Assembly (NCBI GenBank): GCA_039809385.1
Contig: JBDHUY010000004.1
Span: forward strand, 32,001 to 96,000
Direction: 5' to 3'
Origin: Candidatus Altimarinota bacterium
GTDB taxonomy: Bacteria > Patescibacteriota > Gracilibacteria > JBDHUY01
Length of the DNA stretch: 64,000 nt
Below the pieces are notes generated by a model that saw only the letters and a program-made list of their open reading frames with translations, was not told where the DNA came from and made no database searches. Position numbers and translations under genes: made by a program. This document shows positions 47,171-57,900 of the stretch, one piece after another (the stretch's first letter is position 1; each line of letters begins with the position of its first letter).

Positions 47171-47557
47171 ATGAAAAAAATTCCTAAAATCCTCGGTGGT
47201 ATCGTCGTCGTCGTGGCGGTCATTGTCGGTATTGCGTTTACGCTGACCGCGGATCTGCCCAAATCGGCAGATGCCTTTTTTGCTTTGGTCAAGGACGGCA
47301 AGACGGAAGACGCTTACCAGTCGACCGCCAAAGCTTTTCAGGATGCTACGAGTATGGACCAGTTCACCACGTTTCTCGAACAGACCGGCTTGAACCAGTA
47401 CGCGTCGGCTTCGTATAACAGTCGCTCGTTTGAGAACGATCAGGGGCGTCTGGAAGGGACCGTGACGCTGAGTGACGGTACGAGTAAACCGATTCAGGTC
47501 GATCTGACGAAAGAAAATGGAACGTGGAAAGTGTTAGGGGTCAATACGAAGTATTAA
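47171..47557 (+). CDS. Membrane-anchored NTF2-like protein (DUF4864/DUF3887-like)
   Basis: N-terminal TM; AY...A.AFQ, KENG.WKV. Confidence 0.75.
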   Translation: MKKIPKILGGIVVVVAVIVGIAFTLTADLPKSADAFFALVKDGKTEDAYQSTAKAFQDATSMDQFTTFLEQTGLNQYASASYNSRSFENDQGRLEGTVTLSDGTSKPIQVDLTKENGTWKVLGVNTKY

Positions 47558-47671
47558 TGAGTTTTGGATCTGCTATTTTTCGGGACGAGGAAGTGGTGAT
47601 GTTCGGTGTAACGGAAATTGATCTGACTGCCGTGTATAAAGCAAAATGTATCTCTTTTTTTAAAAACGCTC

Positions 47672-48040
47672 ATGAGGAGCCGCGTATTGTTGCGGGAAGA
47701 TCTACTATGGGGGGTGCTGTTCTGGTTTGGATCTATTCTGTGGCTTGCGCTTTTTTTTGTGGTACCTGCTTTCCGAATCGGTTGGTATATTATGCCCGTG
47801 GGTGTGCTTGTGTCGCTCCTGGTTCTCGTGAAGAACATAAAAAGTACCGAGCTACCCTATTACCTGTGGCTCGGGATCATCTGGATGCGTATCGTGCTTG
47901 GGATGGATTATCTGCTGATCTTCCCATTGCCGCCCCCCTCCGGCGGCTATTATAAACTGGATGGTTATCTTTATTATGTACGTACACTCCTGCTGCCTTG
48001 GCTGGCGGGCTGGTGGAAAAAAACGGCATCATTTGGATAA
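47672..48040 (+). CDS. Small integral membrane protein
   Basis: Four hydrophobic segments. Confidence 0.55.
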   Translation: MRSRVLLREDLLWGVLFWFGSILWLALFFVVPAFRIGWYIMPVGVLVSLLVLVKNIKSTELPYYLWLGIIWMRIVLGMDYLLIFPLPPPSGGYYKLDGYLYYVRTLLLPWLAGWWKKTASFG

Positions 48041-48076
48041 AGTGGTGTTTTTTTATTTGTATTATATTCTTTTTTT

Positions 48077-48550
48077 ATGCCTATTACCGAGATGACTTTT
48101 GCTGCGCGTACCTATCTGGTTTGGCGTAGCGAGATTGCGATCGGCGATCTTACGAATCGCTCCATGTGGGATGCGGCTTTTGCGGCAGTGTTGCAGTATA
48201 TCCGTGAGCATAATCTGATTGCTACCGGGCCGGGGGCTGCGCTCTATTTCCGATGGGACGATGCGTTGGGGCGTACCGAGATCGGTATTGGTTTGCCTGT
48301 CGAGGGGGAGGGGGTTGAAGCGATAGAAGATCCGGCATTGTCTCTGGCGATAGTGCCGGCCTCAAAAGCGGCACATGTTCTGTTGCGGGGGGATTATGCG
48401 GGGTTGAAGGAGGTGCACGAGGCGCTGGGAGATTATGTCCGGAAGCATGCGCTGCGCAATTCTGTGGTGGTCGAGGAATATGCGGTTAATCCGTCGCAAA
48501 AGGCTGATCCGGCAGAATGGGAAACGAATGTGTATTATGTATACCAGTAG
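48077..48550 (+). CDS. GyrI-like small-molecule binding protein
   Basis: GDYAGL..VH.AL, EEY...P. Confidence 0.85.
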   Translation: MPITEMTFAARTYLVWRSEIAIGDLTNRSMWDAAFAAVLQYIREHNLIATGPGAALYFRWDDALGRTEIGIGLPVEGEGVEAIEDPALSLAIVPASKAAHVLLRGDYAGLKEVHEALGDYVRKHALRNSVVVEEYAVNPSQKADPAEWETNVYYVYQ

Positions 48551-48732
48551 ATTACGGCGGTTCTCGGAGGGGGATACAGTGCTTCTGCCGTATGTGTATT
48601 GGACAAAGTTATTGTTAATCAAGTAAACAAAAAAAGATCATTCGCTATGTCGAATTATTCCGCCAACGGTAGTTCGTTGCTAAAATTGAAAAATATCGCT
48701 ACAATGAAGGAAATATATAGTTACTCCGCAAA

Positions 48733-49467
48733 ATGAAAAACAAGAAAACACTCCTTGTTTCACTTATTGTTCTCTCAGTCGCAGTCGTCGCAGGATACTA
48801 CTCCTATAACCAGCCGACAAAGGATCTCCAGGGAAAGATCATTCCGGTTCCGCCTATTTCGGTCGGGGATATAAACCCAAATCTGAATATCCGGTTTACG
48901 GATAATAGCAATTATACTCCTCCTCTTTCGAACAACAACCGGAACGGGAATCCCAACAGCAACAACACGCTCGTGAACAACAACCGAAACGGGAATCCCA
49001 ATGGCAACAATACGCTTGTGAACAGTAACCGGAACGGGAATCCCAACAGCAACAACACGCTCGTGAATAATAACCGGAACGGGAATCCCAACAGCAACAA
49101 CACGCTCGTGAACAATAACCGGAACGGTAATCCCAACGGGAACAACACACTCGTGAACAGTAACCGGAACGGGAATTCCAACAGCAACAACACGCTCGTG
49201 AACAACAACCGGAACGGGAATCCCAACAGCAACAACACGCTCGTGAACAACAACCGAAACGGGAATCCCAACAGCAACAATACGCTTGTGAACAGTAACC
49301 GGAACGGGAATCCCAACAGCAACAACACGCTCGTGAACAACAACCGAAACGGGAATCCCAACAGCAACAATACGCTTGTGAACAGTAACCGGAACGGGAA
49401 TCCCAACAGCAACAACACACTCGTAAACAACAACCGGAATGGGAACTTTCCCAAGCTTGTGCGTTAG
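48733..49467 (+). CDS. Membrane-anchored/exported Asn-rich repeat protein
   Basis: Basic N-terminus, TM, DLQG, then (NNNRNGNPNSNNTLV) repeats. Confidence 0.8.
   Translation: MKNKKTLLVSLIVLSVAVVAGYYSYNQPTKDLQGKIIPVPPISVGDINPNLNIRFTDNSNYTPPLSNNNRNGNPNSNNTLVNNNRNGNPNGNNTLVNSNRNGNPNSNNTLVNNNRNGNPNSNNTLVNNNRNGNPNGNNTLVNSNRNGNSNSNNTLVNNNRNGNPNSNNTLVNNNRNGNPNSNNTLVNSNRNGNPNSNNTLVNNNRNGNPNSNNTLVNSNRNGNPNSNNTLVNNNRNGNFPKLVR
48931..49446 (+). repeat. 45-bp coding tandem repeat, 11 copies plus a partial copy
   Basis: Unit aacaacaaccggaacgggaatcccaacagcaacaacacgctcgtg, with mostly synonymous variation. Confidence 0.95.
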
Positions 49468-49617
49468 TTGATTCGCAGATTGCGAGCCAGTTTGAAACCT
49501 GCTGCACACGGTCAGAACAGAGCATGAGGCGGTTATGAACGGTAGTCACCTTATTCCTCTCGTTCCATGTTGTATCCGCCACAGTAAAACTTCATTGTTC
49601 GGTACTTGCCCTCTAGT

Positions 49618-49977
49618 ATGCCCACCTCCGAAAAAAACTTCGCCACCATCGACGCATACATCGCGACCTTTTCCGCTCCCGTTCAATTGATCCTCGAAAA
49701 GATCCGTAGCATTATCAAACAGGTCGCGCCGCATGCTCGGGAAACTATCAGCTACCAGATTGCCGCTTTTACGCTCGATGATCGCTATCTAGTCTATCTT
49801 GCTGCCTGGAAAAACCATATCTCGCTCTATCCCATTCCGGTTGGCAACAGCGCTTTCCAAAAAGAGATTGCACCCTACCTTCACGGCAAAGGCACGGTGC
49901 GCTTTTCCTTTGACCAGGCGATACCATACGACCTCATCAAAAAAATCGTGCAGTATCTTCTCGACGGCCACCAGTAA
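49618..49977 (+). CDS. DUF1801/YdhG family protein
   Basis: TIDAYIA, E.ISYQI, KNHISLYP, KGTVRF. Confidence 0.9.
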   Translation: MPTSEKNFATIDAYIATFSAPVQLILEKIRSIIKQVAPHARETISYQIAAFTLDDRYLVYLAAWKNHISLYPIPVGNSAFQKEIAPYLHGKGTVRFSFDQAIPYDLIKKIVQYLLDGHQ

Positions 49978-50468
49978 AGGGCAAAAAAGTATCAAAAAGC
50001 TTCCTAATGCTTTCTCGTCATTGAGGGGGAAGCAACTACGTATCTTGAAAGTAACAAGCTTGCTGGACGAAGCGATCCCTTACTTATTTGCTACATCAGT
50101 TAGAAATTGTTTTATCCTCAGCTCTTTTATTGCATTCCTCTTCGTCTCCCATAGAAAACTTTCCCGAACAAAGTCCCGATATTCAGGATTTTACCACCAC
50201 TCTCAATGACATTCTGCTCTTTGCCGATTTTGGCCAGTTGATGGATGAAGAGGCGGTTACTTTGATCGAAAAGACATTGTTTGAATTCTCCCAGCATCGG
50301 CATTTCGCGCTTCTGTTTGACCGACTTGATCCCGAGAGCTATCATTCCACGACCAACTGCTTTCACCCCGAGCCAAGACACGCTTGAGAGGTGCCCTCGA
50401 TAGATTAACAAACCGATTGCAGTCGACTGACTAGCTTTTCCCAAATTTATCCGGTAATTCTTCTTTCT

Positions 50469-51044
50469 ATGGGCAAAATATCCGTATTCAACCACGTCTC
50501 TGTCGACGGTTTCTTTGCCGGTACCAACGGCGAGATCGACTGGTTCAAAGCCATCACTCCCGACGACGAATGGTACCAGTATACCCACACGCAGGCCGAT
50601 ACCGATTCGACTCTCCTCTTTGGCCGTACTACCTATGAAATGATGAAGAGCTTCTGGCCTACCCAGGCAGCACGCGACATGGACCCCGGCATGGCCCATT
50701 CGGTCAATCACAGCCCCAAAATCGTTTTTTCCACCACGCTTACTGAGGTCGAGGAAAGTGACAACTGGCAAAATATCCGTCATTTTCAAGCAATCGATCC
50801 CGTACAACTACGACAACTCAAGCAAACCGAAGAGATCACCATCCTGGGCAGCGGCTCGATCATCCGGCAGCTGGCGACGCTCGGTCTCATCGACCACTAC
50901 ACGCTGGTCGTAGTACCGGTGGTACTGGGCAAAGGCAAATCGTTGTTCGAGGATCTTCCCCTTACCCATCTTTCTTTGGCCGAAGCGCGTACGTTTAAAA
51001 ACGGCCTTACGCTGCTTGAGTATGATCCCGTGAAGGATTCATAG
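50469..51044 (+). CDS. RibD-C/dihydrofolate reductase family
   Basis: SVDGF, LLFGRTTYE, GSGS, PVVLGKGK.LF. Confidence 0.92.
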   Translation: MGKISVFNHVSVDGFFAGTNGEIDWFKAITPDDEWYQYTHTQADTDSTLLFGRTTYEMMKSFWPTQAARDMDPGMAHSVNHSPKIVFSTTLTEVEESDNWQNIRHFQAIDPVQLRQLKQTEEITILGSGSIIRQLATLGLIDHYTLVVVPVVLGKGKSLFEDLPLTHLSLAEARTFKNGLTLLEYDPVKDS

Positions 51045-51094
51045 ATGTCTCGAACTTCACTCGAAGACTATCATCCCTTTTGACACTTGCATAT

Positions 51095-51814
51095 ATGTCG
51101 AAACTCTATAACGATCTGGCCGCAGAGTGGTATCCGCTGCTGACGCCGCTGTCAGAATATCGCGAAGAAGCCGACTTATATCACCGTATTTTCAACGATA
51201 CGGCTGTCCCGATTCAGACCATGCTCGAACTGGGCAGTGGAGCCGGACACAATGCTTATTACCTCAAACAGTGGTATACGATGACCCTGACCGATCTTTC
51301 TGACCAGATGCTTTCGATCAGTCGAAAACTCAATCCCGCTTGTGTTCATCACCAAGGAGACATGCGCTCGCTCCGACTTGCCCACACGTTTGACGCGGTC
51401 TTTATCCACGATGCCATTATGTATATGACCTCTCTGGAAGATCTACAAAAAGTCTTGGAGACCGCTTTTGTCCACCTGAAACCCGGTGGCGTGGTTCTGG
51501 TTACTCCGGATTTTGTAAGAGAAACCTTTCGGGAAAACACCGACCAGGGGGGCGAAGATGGCGAAACCCGCTCGCTGCGGTATCTCGAATGGATGAGCGA
51601 TCCCGATCCAACGGACAATACAGTGACGGTCGATTATATCTATGCGCTCAAAGTTCCCGACGGACATATCACGACCGAGCAGGATCGTTTCCTGGAAGGC
51701 TTGTTTAGCACTAGCCAGTGGCTCGAATTGCTGCGCTTGGTCGGCTTTACCCCTCAGGCTTTGGAAGATCCTCAATTTGACCGGATCAACTTTGTCGGCA
51801 AAAAGCCAGCGTGA
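51095..51814 (+). CDS. Class I SAM methyltransferase
   Basis: LELGSGAG, GDMR..RL..TFDAV, HLKPGG. Confidence 0.9.
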   Translation: MSKLYNDLAAEWYPLLTPLSEYREEADLYHRIFNDTAVPIQTMLELGSGAGHNAYYLKQWYTMTLTDLSDQMLSISRKLNPACVHHQGDMRSLRLAHTFDAVFIHDAIMYMTSLEDLQKVLETAFVHLKPGGVVLVTPDFVRETFRENTDQGGEDGETRSLRYLEWMSDPDPTDNTVTVDYIYALKVPDGHITTEQDRFLEGLFSTSQWLELLRLVGFTPQALEDPQFDRINFVGKKPA

Positions 51815-52170
51815 TCGAGGCTTGTTGAAAGAAGAACCAAGCTTTTGCTGGAGCAATCGTGTCGATTGCTTCTGTTGTTTCTCGTAGCGCTTATAGGTAT
51901 TTTTGAACGTACCGGAAACAATGTTTCGTAATCTTTTGGATGTATTTTCTGATCAAAGAGGTTCTGAGAAATGTTAAGGAGCAGACTGAAAGACTCCTCC
52001 AGCATTCAGGTATTTCAGAATTCGGAATCTAATGAAAAAGGCCGGTTGACCTTTTCAAAAAATGTAAACGATAGTATACTTTGACGCGATCAAACCTGCA
52101 GATAGTAGTTTAAGGCTTTGTCTTAATAATAAAAAAACTTGATTTGTGAAGAATTGTTCTATGATTTTGT

Positions 52171-52211
52171 ATCGCTAATCGCTAATCGCTTATCGCTGAC
52201 CGCTAATCGCC
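52171..52211. repeat. ATCGCTA heptamer arm upstream of the monooxygenase
   Basis: atcgctaatcgctaatcgcttatcgctgaccgctaatcgcc. Confidence 0.8.
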
Positions 52212-52260
52212 TCTTTGTTTTACAAAATACATCTTTTTCAGCCTTATAGTGTTTCCCATT

Positions 52261-53721
52261 ATGTCATCTTCTCACAAAATCTTTGAGGTCGCGATCATTG
52301 GTACTGGTTTCGGCGGTTTGTGCATGGCCATTCAGCTCAAAAAAACCGGTCAAAACGATTTTATCGTCTTTGAAAAAGGTACGACGGTCGGCGGTACCTG
52401 GCGCGACAATACCTATCCCGGCGCGGCCTGCGACGTGAAGTCGCATCTCTACTCTTTTTCGTTCGAACCTAAGGCCGACTGGTCGCATAAATATGCCCGC
52501 CAGCCCGAAATCCTGGACTATTTGGAGCACTGTGCCCGTAAGTATGAGTTGAATACTCATATTCGATTCAACACCGAGATTGCGCGGGCGGTGTTTGACG
52601 AAGCGGCCGGATCCTGGAATTTGCATACCGCTGCCGGAGAAATAGTTACCGCGCGGATGGTGGTATTTGCTTGCGGACAGCTGAACCGCCCGCTTATTCC
52701 TCAAATACCGGGGCTGGATCTCTATAAGGGAACGCGCTTTCATTCGGCGCGCTGGGATCACTCGTTCGACTACGCGCATAAAAAGATCGCCGTGATCGGG
52801 ACCGGCGCCAGCGCGATCCAGTTCGTGCCGGAATTGGTCAAAAAAGCGGCGCAAGTCTTCCTGTTTCAGCGCTCGGCGGCCTGGGTCATCCCTAAAAACG
52901 ATCGCCCCTATACCCCGTTTGAAAAAAAGCTCTTTGCCCATTTCGGCTGGATCCGCAAACTCTATCGCAGTTGGATTTACTGGAGTAGCGAGATCCGGTT
53001 TCTGGCGCTGAACCCCAACAGCCCGATTCATCGGGGGTTAACTCGCTTGGGGTTAAAGCATATTCGTGAGCATGTGTCCGATCCGGTCTTGCGGCAAAAG
53101 CTTACGCCCGATTATCCGGCCGGGTGTAAACGGATTCTTATTTCGAACAATTACTATCAGGCGCTGGCCCAGCCGCATGTTCAGCTACTTACCGGCCAGA
53201 TCGATTCGGTGACCGAACGCGGGGTGGTAATGGGAGGACGTGAGTATGAAGCCGATGCCATTATCTACGGTACGGGATTTCAGAGTACCGGTTTTCTGTC
53301 GCCTATCCGGATTACCGGCCGCCAAGGAGTGGATTTGAACGAAGCGTGGACTCAGGGAGCCGAGGCGTATCTGGGTATCACGCTGGCCGGTTTCCCGAAC
53401 TTTTTCATGCTCTACGGTCCCAATACGAATCTGTCGCACAATTCGATCGTTTTTATGATCGAAGCCCAGGTGCGCCATATTCTCCGCTGTATGAGTGCCG
53501 TGAAAGAGCGCCAAAAACAGACTATTGAGCCAAAGCGTGAGGTTCAGGCAAGTTATAATCGAATACTCCAGGATTCCCTCAAAAACGCGATCTGGTCGGT
53601 CGGCTGCCGCAACTGGTATATCGATAAGGGCGGGAAAAATACGAACAACTGGTCGGGTTTCAGTTTTTCGTATCGGAGAATGACGAGAAAAACAGGTATC
53701 GAGAAGTATGTCCTGGCCTAG
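52261..53721 (+). CDS. Flavin-containing Baeyer-Villiger-type monooxygenase
   Basis: GTGFGG, GGTWRDNTYPG, YKGTRFHSARWD, GTGASA. Confidence 0.95.
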   Translation: MSSSHKIFEVAIIGTGFGGLCMAIQLKKTGQNDFIVFEKGTTVGGTWRDNTYPGAACDVKSHLYSFSFEPKADWSHKYARQPEILDYLEHCARKYELNTHIRFNTEIARAVFDEAAGSWNLHTAAGEIVTARMVVFACGQLNRPLIPQIPGLDLYKGTRFHSARWDHSFDYAHKKIAVIGTGASAIQFVPELVKKAAQVFLFQRSAAWVIPKNDRPYTPFEKKLFAHFGWIRKLYRSWIYWSSEIRFLALNPNSPIHRGLTRLGLKHIREHVSDPVLRQKLTPDYPAGCKRILISNNYYQALAQPHVQLLTGQIDSVTERGVVMGGREYEADAIIYGTGFQSTGFLSPIRITGRQGVDLNEAWTQGAEAYLGITLAGFPNFFMLYGPNTNLSHNSIVFMIEAQVRHILRCMSAVKERQKQTIEPKREVQASYNRILQDSLKNAIWSVGCRNWYIDKGGKNTNNWSGFSFSYRRMTRKTGIEKYVLA

Positions 53722-53917
53722 ATTGCTCAGACTGCTACTGGCTCTACACAGATTATTGTTTGTGACAGAAAGTACTGTCATTGTTGAAGCTAATACAGAA
53801 GCTGCCTTTTTGTTAAATAAATTTTGATAGCTAAATAAATTTGACAGTACTCTGTAAAGTCGTATAGTAGGATCTTCGGTTTCTGCCAGTTTATTAATTT
53901 CGTAACGCCAATTATTC

Positions 53918-53955
53918 TTTTTCCGCCACCGCATTCTATCGGAGGGCGGAAAAAA
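53918..53955. terminator. Inverted repeat, possible terminator
   Basis: tttttccgcc...ggcggaaaaa. Confidence 0.4.
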
Positions 53956-53980
53956 TGAATCGGTATCAAAAACGTATAGT

Positions 53981-54565
53981 ATGCAAAATACACCTTCGTC
54001 CGATTATTCCGAGACTCTGGAACGATTACCCGAAAATTTCCAGGCTGACTGGGAAAGTCTGATTCGAGCTTCCGAACAGGCGCGTGAACGAAAAGTCAAA
54101 CAGCTTCCTTCTATACAAACCGGCAGCGGAGAAGTATTTGAGCAATCCTTATTTGCCGAAGCAACCCCCGAATTTCGAACGATACGGGTGGGGGCAATAC
54201 TCGAGGCTCCTGATTACACAGTCGCTTACTATTGCCGCTGTTTCAGCGGCTATCCCGCGGCTTATGGCGACATCATAGTAGCCGAACCGCATGTTGATAT
54301 AAAAGGAAAAGGAAGAAATATATCTCTCCCTGCCGATAAAAGCGGCCCCTTGGCTATGGAATTGAGTTCGAAATACGACACATATATTGTCCAAGCTGTT
54401 GCGAATGTGCTAGGTCAAAAAGTACTGCACACGATCGAAGTGGGGTATGAAGATAGTCCGCGCAAAAAGTCGTATCTCGAGCACGGATATGCTGTGAGAA
54501 GCGGATATCCGCAGGTGGTTGACAGAATATTTGAGCCGGTAAATAAAAATGGGACTCAAGTATAA
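53981..54565 (+). CDS. Hypothetical protein
   Basis: 194-aa ORF with no recognised motif. Confidence 0.6.
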   Translation: MQNTPSSDYSETLERLPENFQADWESLIRASEQARERKVKQLPSIQTGSGEVFEQSLFAEATPEFRTIRVGAILEAPDYTVAYYCRCFSGYPAAYGDIIVAEPHVDIKGKGRNISLPADKSGPLAMELSSKYDTYIVQAVANVLGQKVLHTIEVGYEDSPRKKSYLEHGYAVRSGYPQVVDRIFEPVNKNGTQV

Positions 54566-54598
54566 AAAAAGATCAGACTCTCTGTTCATCCTAAGGGT

Positions 54599-54928
54599 TT
54601 ATTTTTTCTTCTTCCCGGATTTTTGGGGCGGTGCAGCTTGTGTTTCCAATACCACTTCCAGCGCGCCCTCTCCGCCGCGATCCCTTCTGGCATCCACGAA
54701 ACTTCGTACTTCTTCCATCTTTGATAACATCGTTTCGATAAGCGGTTTTAGTACCGCTTTTTTGTCAGCCGAATGAATGCCTTTGCCCGTAATGATGAGG
54801 ACTCTCTGCAAACCCTTCCGTATCGCCTCCTGAATAAAGTTTCGGCATGCTGTCACAGCTTCTTCCTTGCTATGTTCGTGCAGGTCCAGTTCGGCTTGGG
54901 GGGCGGCAAGCGCGGCGTATTTATTCAT
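54599..54928 (-). CDS. Stand-alone Smr domain protein
   Basis: LDLH, IITGKG.HS, GG.GAL.V. Confidence 0.92.
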   Translation of the reverse strand: MNKYAALAAPQAELDLHEHSKEEAVTACRNFIQEAIRKGLQRVLIITGKGIHSADKKAVLKPLIETMLSKMEEVRSFVDARRDRGGEGALEVVLETQAAPPQKSGKKKK

Positions 54929-54944
54929 GACATCAAGATAGCGG

Positions 54945-57900
54945 CTATATCGTTAACTTTATACTTTTGATATGGGTGCCATTCAAAAAAAGAAGTCGCT
55001 GTTCAACCGAGTCAATCATTTGAAGAAGTTTTGAAAATTGCTGAATGATTTTTCTGACAGACGCGTCGATCCGAGGACTGCTGTTATTTTTATAGGATTG
55101 CAATTTTCCAAGGTGTTCGAGATAGGTCGTTATCTCCCGTTCCAGATCAATTTTCATACGCCGAGCTTCATCATCTTTTCCTACAGAGATAAGTTCCGAT
55201 ATCTGCATATGAATAATTTCTACCACACTCCGGGGACCTTTGACAATCTCCTGATCATTTATGCCGGTTTTTGCTCGCAGGATCCTCCGGCTACGATCTT
55301 CATAGGTTATCAGTTTCTGTTGTAATTGATCCACATCATGAATATCCAAAATGAGATGGTCCCCTTTGGTAAGAGTATACCCTACCTGGAAACCCCGTCG
55401 TAGAACAAAATCAAATTGTTGGCTGATTTTTTCAAAAGAATCGCGAGAATCAGTATAATTCTTTGCGGTCTGTATAAATAAATCGGTAAATTTCCTTTTG
55501 AGGAGATCTGCTGTATGGGTATTGCTCCAGTCTACCAGAGTGTAATCATCCCGGCGGTTTACCGAGCGTACTTCCACATCTTCAATCTGGAACTTAACAA
55601 CAGCCCATTGGTTGTTCGCTGCAAAACCCTTTTTCAGTGTTTCCTCAGCTCGGCGGCTGGATGAATAGATACGTGTTCCGATGCCGCCCCTGCCCAGTCC
55701 GAAAAATTTTTTACTATCGTCTCGAAATTCTAGGATGCGACGACGAATATCGGCGTCTTCTCCCACGGTACAGCGGGCATCAAATCCGCCCATACCGGCA
55801 TAGCTGGAAGCGCGCATGGCGCCGTTGGCTCCGGGAAAACCGCAACGACCGTGTATCGCCTCATATAAACAAAAAAGCAGCCATATCTTGGTTGACAGCA
55901 GCAACCAGGGATTACGGATAAATGATTCCACATCATAATCCAGATAGCCTTCAAAGGCATCGGTATTGGGGTGTTCTTGAAATTTTTTCAGGAATGTGGT
56001 GATATAGTGCCGGTCTACTCCATGATTGTCGGCATCGTTGTTGATCAGGATAAGATCACTTGCCTGTTTGCCCCGTTGATGGTGGCGGTAGAGTACGGTA
56101 TCGTGTAGTAGTTTGCGAATCCAGCCGATGCTTAGGTGCTCGCGGGGGAATGTTGCATAGATATACCGGAAATTTATTTCAGGGTGGTCCTTCTGAAATT
56201 TTTCGAATGCCAGGATACTCTCGTGATCCAGACCGGTAGACTGACCGTCTTTGTTATGTGTCGGATGGTTGAGAAAGGCGACTATTTCAAATGTACTAGC
56301 CTTAGCTGTTTGCGCGGTATAATGGTAGAGAGAATTGTCTAGATCGGGTTCTTGGAAGCCGGCTACCGGGATACAGATGGAAGCCTGGATAGACTCCTCC
56401 ATCGGTTCAATCTGACTGGCAAGTTCGACAATCATCTGTTGATACTCCTTGGTATGTTGTTTGAAGTATTCTTGCACTGTATTATAGGAATCGAACTTCG
56501 TATCGGGATCGTGTGATTCTTTGATAGCGTCAATTATATTTCCTTTGGTAAAAATCTCTTCTCTCCAGTCGAGATCGATGCGTGTGCATGGTTGATTCTC
56601 AACATCAGCTTTCTCCACAGGGGTAAACAGAGGGGCAAAGGCATACCCATTTTCTTCCAACTGTTTACGCTGGAGTCCATTAAAGATGGCTTTTTGCAGA
56701 CCTGAAATGACGACTTCTTTGTAGTTTTTTGATAGACTTCCAAGAACTCCCCTGGTCTGTTCTCGCACATTCCGGACCAGTTCTTCGCTCACATTATTTT
56801 TCCAGGTCTGGCCGGTTTTTTTCTCGTACATATTAAGCGCTTTTCGAGGATACTCGATGAGTTTTCGGATCAGACGGGTATAGTCGAGGATATAAATGAA
56901 AGGAACTTTCCTTCCTGTGTGATTGATTCTAAAATCCTCGATATAATCAATATGTAAGCGTGACAGAACCCTTTGTATGATTTTTCTACTTTGAGCATCT
57001 CCTTGTAGAAGATCATAAAAACATAGTGTTTCATTGATGATACTTTCCAGTTCGTTTTTGAAACGCAGTCTGTCTTTTTTGCTCGAAAAGTCATACTGAC
57101 AATGGTTAGTATTGTGGGGGTAGGAACGGATGAATTTACTGTCATAACTGATCGCTTTGTCATCGATAAACTGCATTACCGGAGCTAGTAACTGGTTCTC
57201 CAATGTATCGGCACCATGCCGGTTGGAGGTAAAGAGTTTGCTTTTTCCCCCCATATGTCTAATCGGAACAAGGGTAGGGGAGTCATTGCAGTATGTTCTT
57301 ATTCGATCTGAAAGGATCGAATCTTCAAGCCTGGTGGCTTTTTCGTCATACCCGCCAACTTTCCAGTAAGCTTCCAGCCGATAGGCACAGTTCGCACCTG
57401 AAAGCCCCAGTTTGCTTTTTTGCCCTTGTAAGTGTTCCAGATCGATATACTGAAACATCCTCGTCCCCACATGCAGCAGAGGATTTCTGATGTTTGATTC
57501 GATATCAAAATCGATCTTTCCGCCAATCGCCTGAATTTCGGGGTGCTTTGTAAAGGTTTCTACATAATTTTGCAAAAGCTGATTCGACATACCGTGGTTG
57601 TCCGCGTCGGCCATGATAATGGAAAAATTGGGATCGTTGATGCCACGCCGCAAATAGCGTACCAGTGTAATATCTGCCAAAATTTTTCGAATGGCGCCCA
57701 TTCGCAGCTTGTCAGGCGGCAAATATCCCATGATATGCTGAATGTTGATGTCCGGATAGGCGTATTGCAAGTGAGCCTTATCAAGGATATCTCCAAAACA
57801 GTCGTTATCCCAATCCGGGTTAAATATGTCCACTTCATCGGGCGTCATCAGGTCCTGTGGATACTGTTTTAGATTAGAAAATAGGAGTATTTCCCACTCT

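Noticed and set aside
48931-49446. CRISPR array or DGR template (AAC-rich repeat)
   Set aside because: Units are contiguous with no spacers and stay in frame in a protein; no second copy differing at adenines; no cas or RT gene
48775-49582. Cys-, Val- and Leu-rich minus-strand ORFs
   Set aside because: Shadow frames of the Asn repeat
50088-50387. 99-aa ORF, and similar remnants at 51830-52010 and 59720-59860
   Set aside because: No credible start or recognisable family; probably decayed DNA
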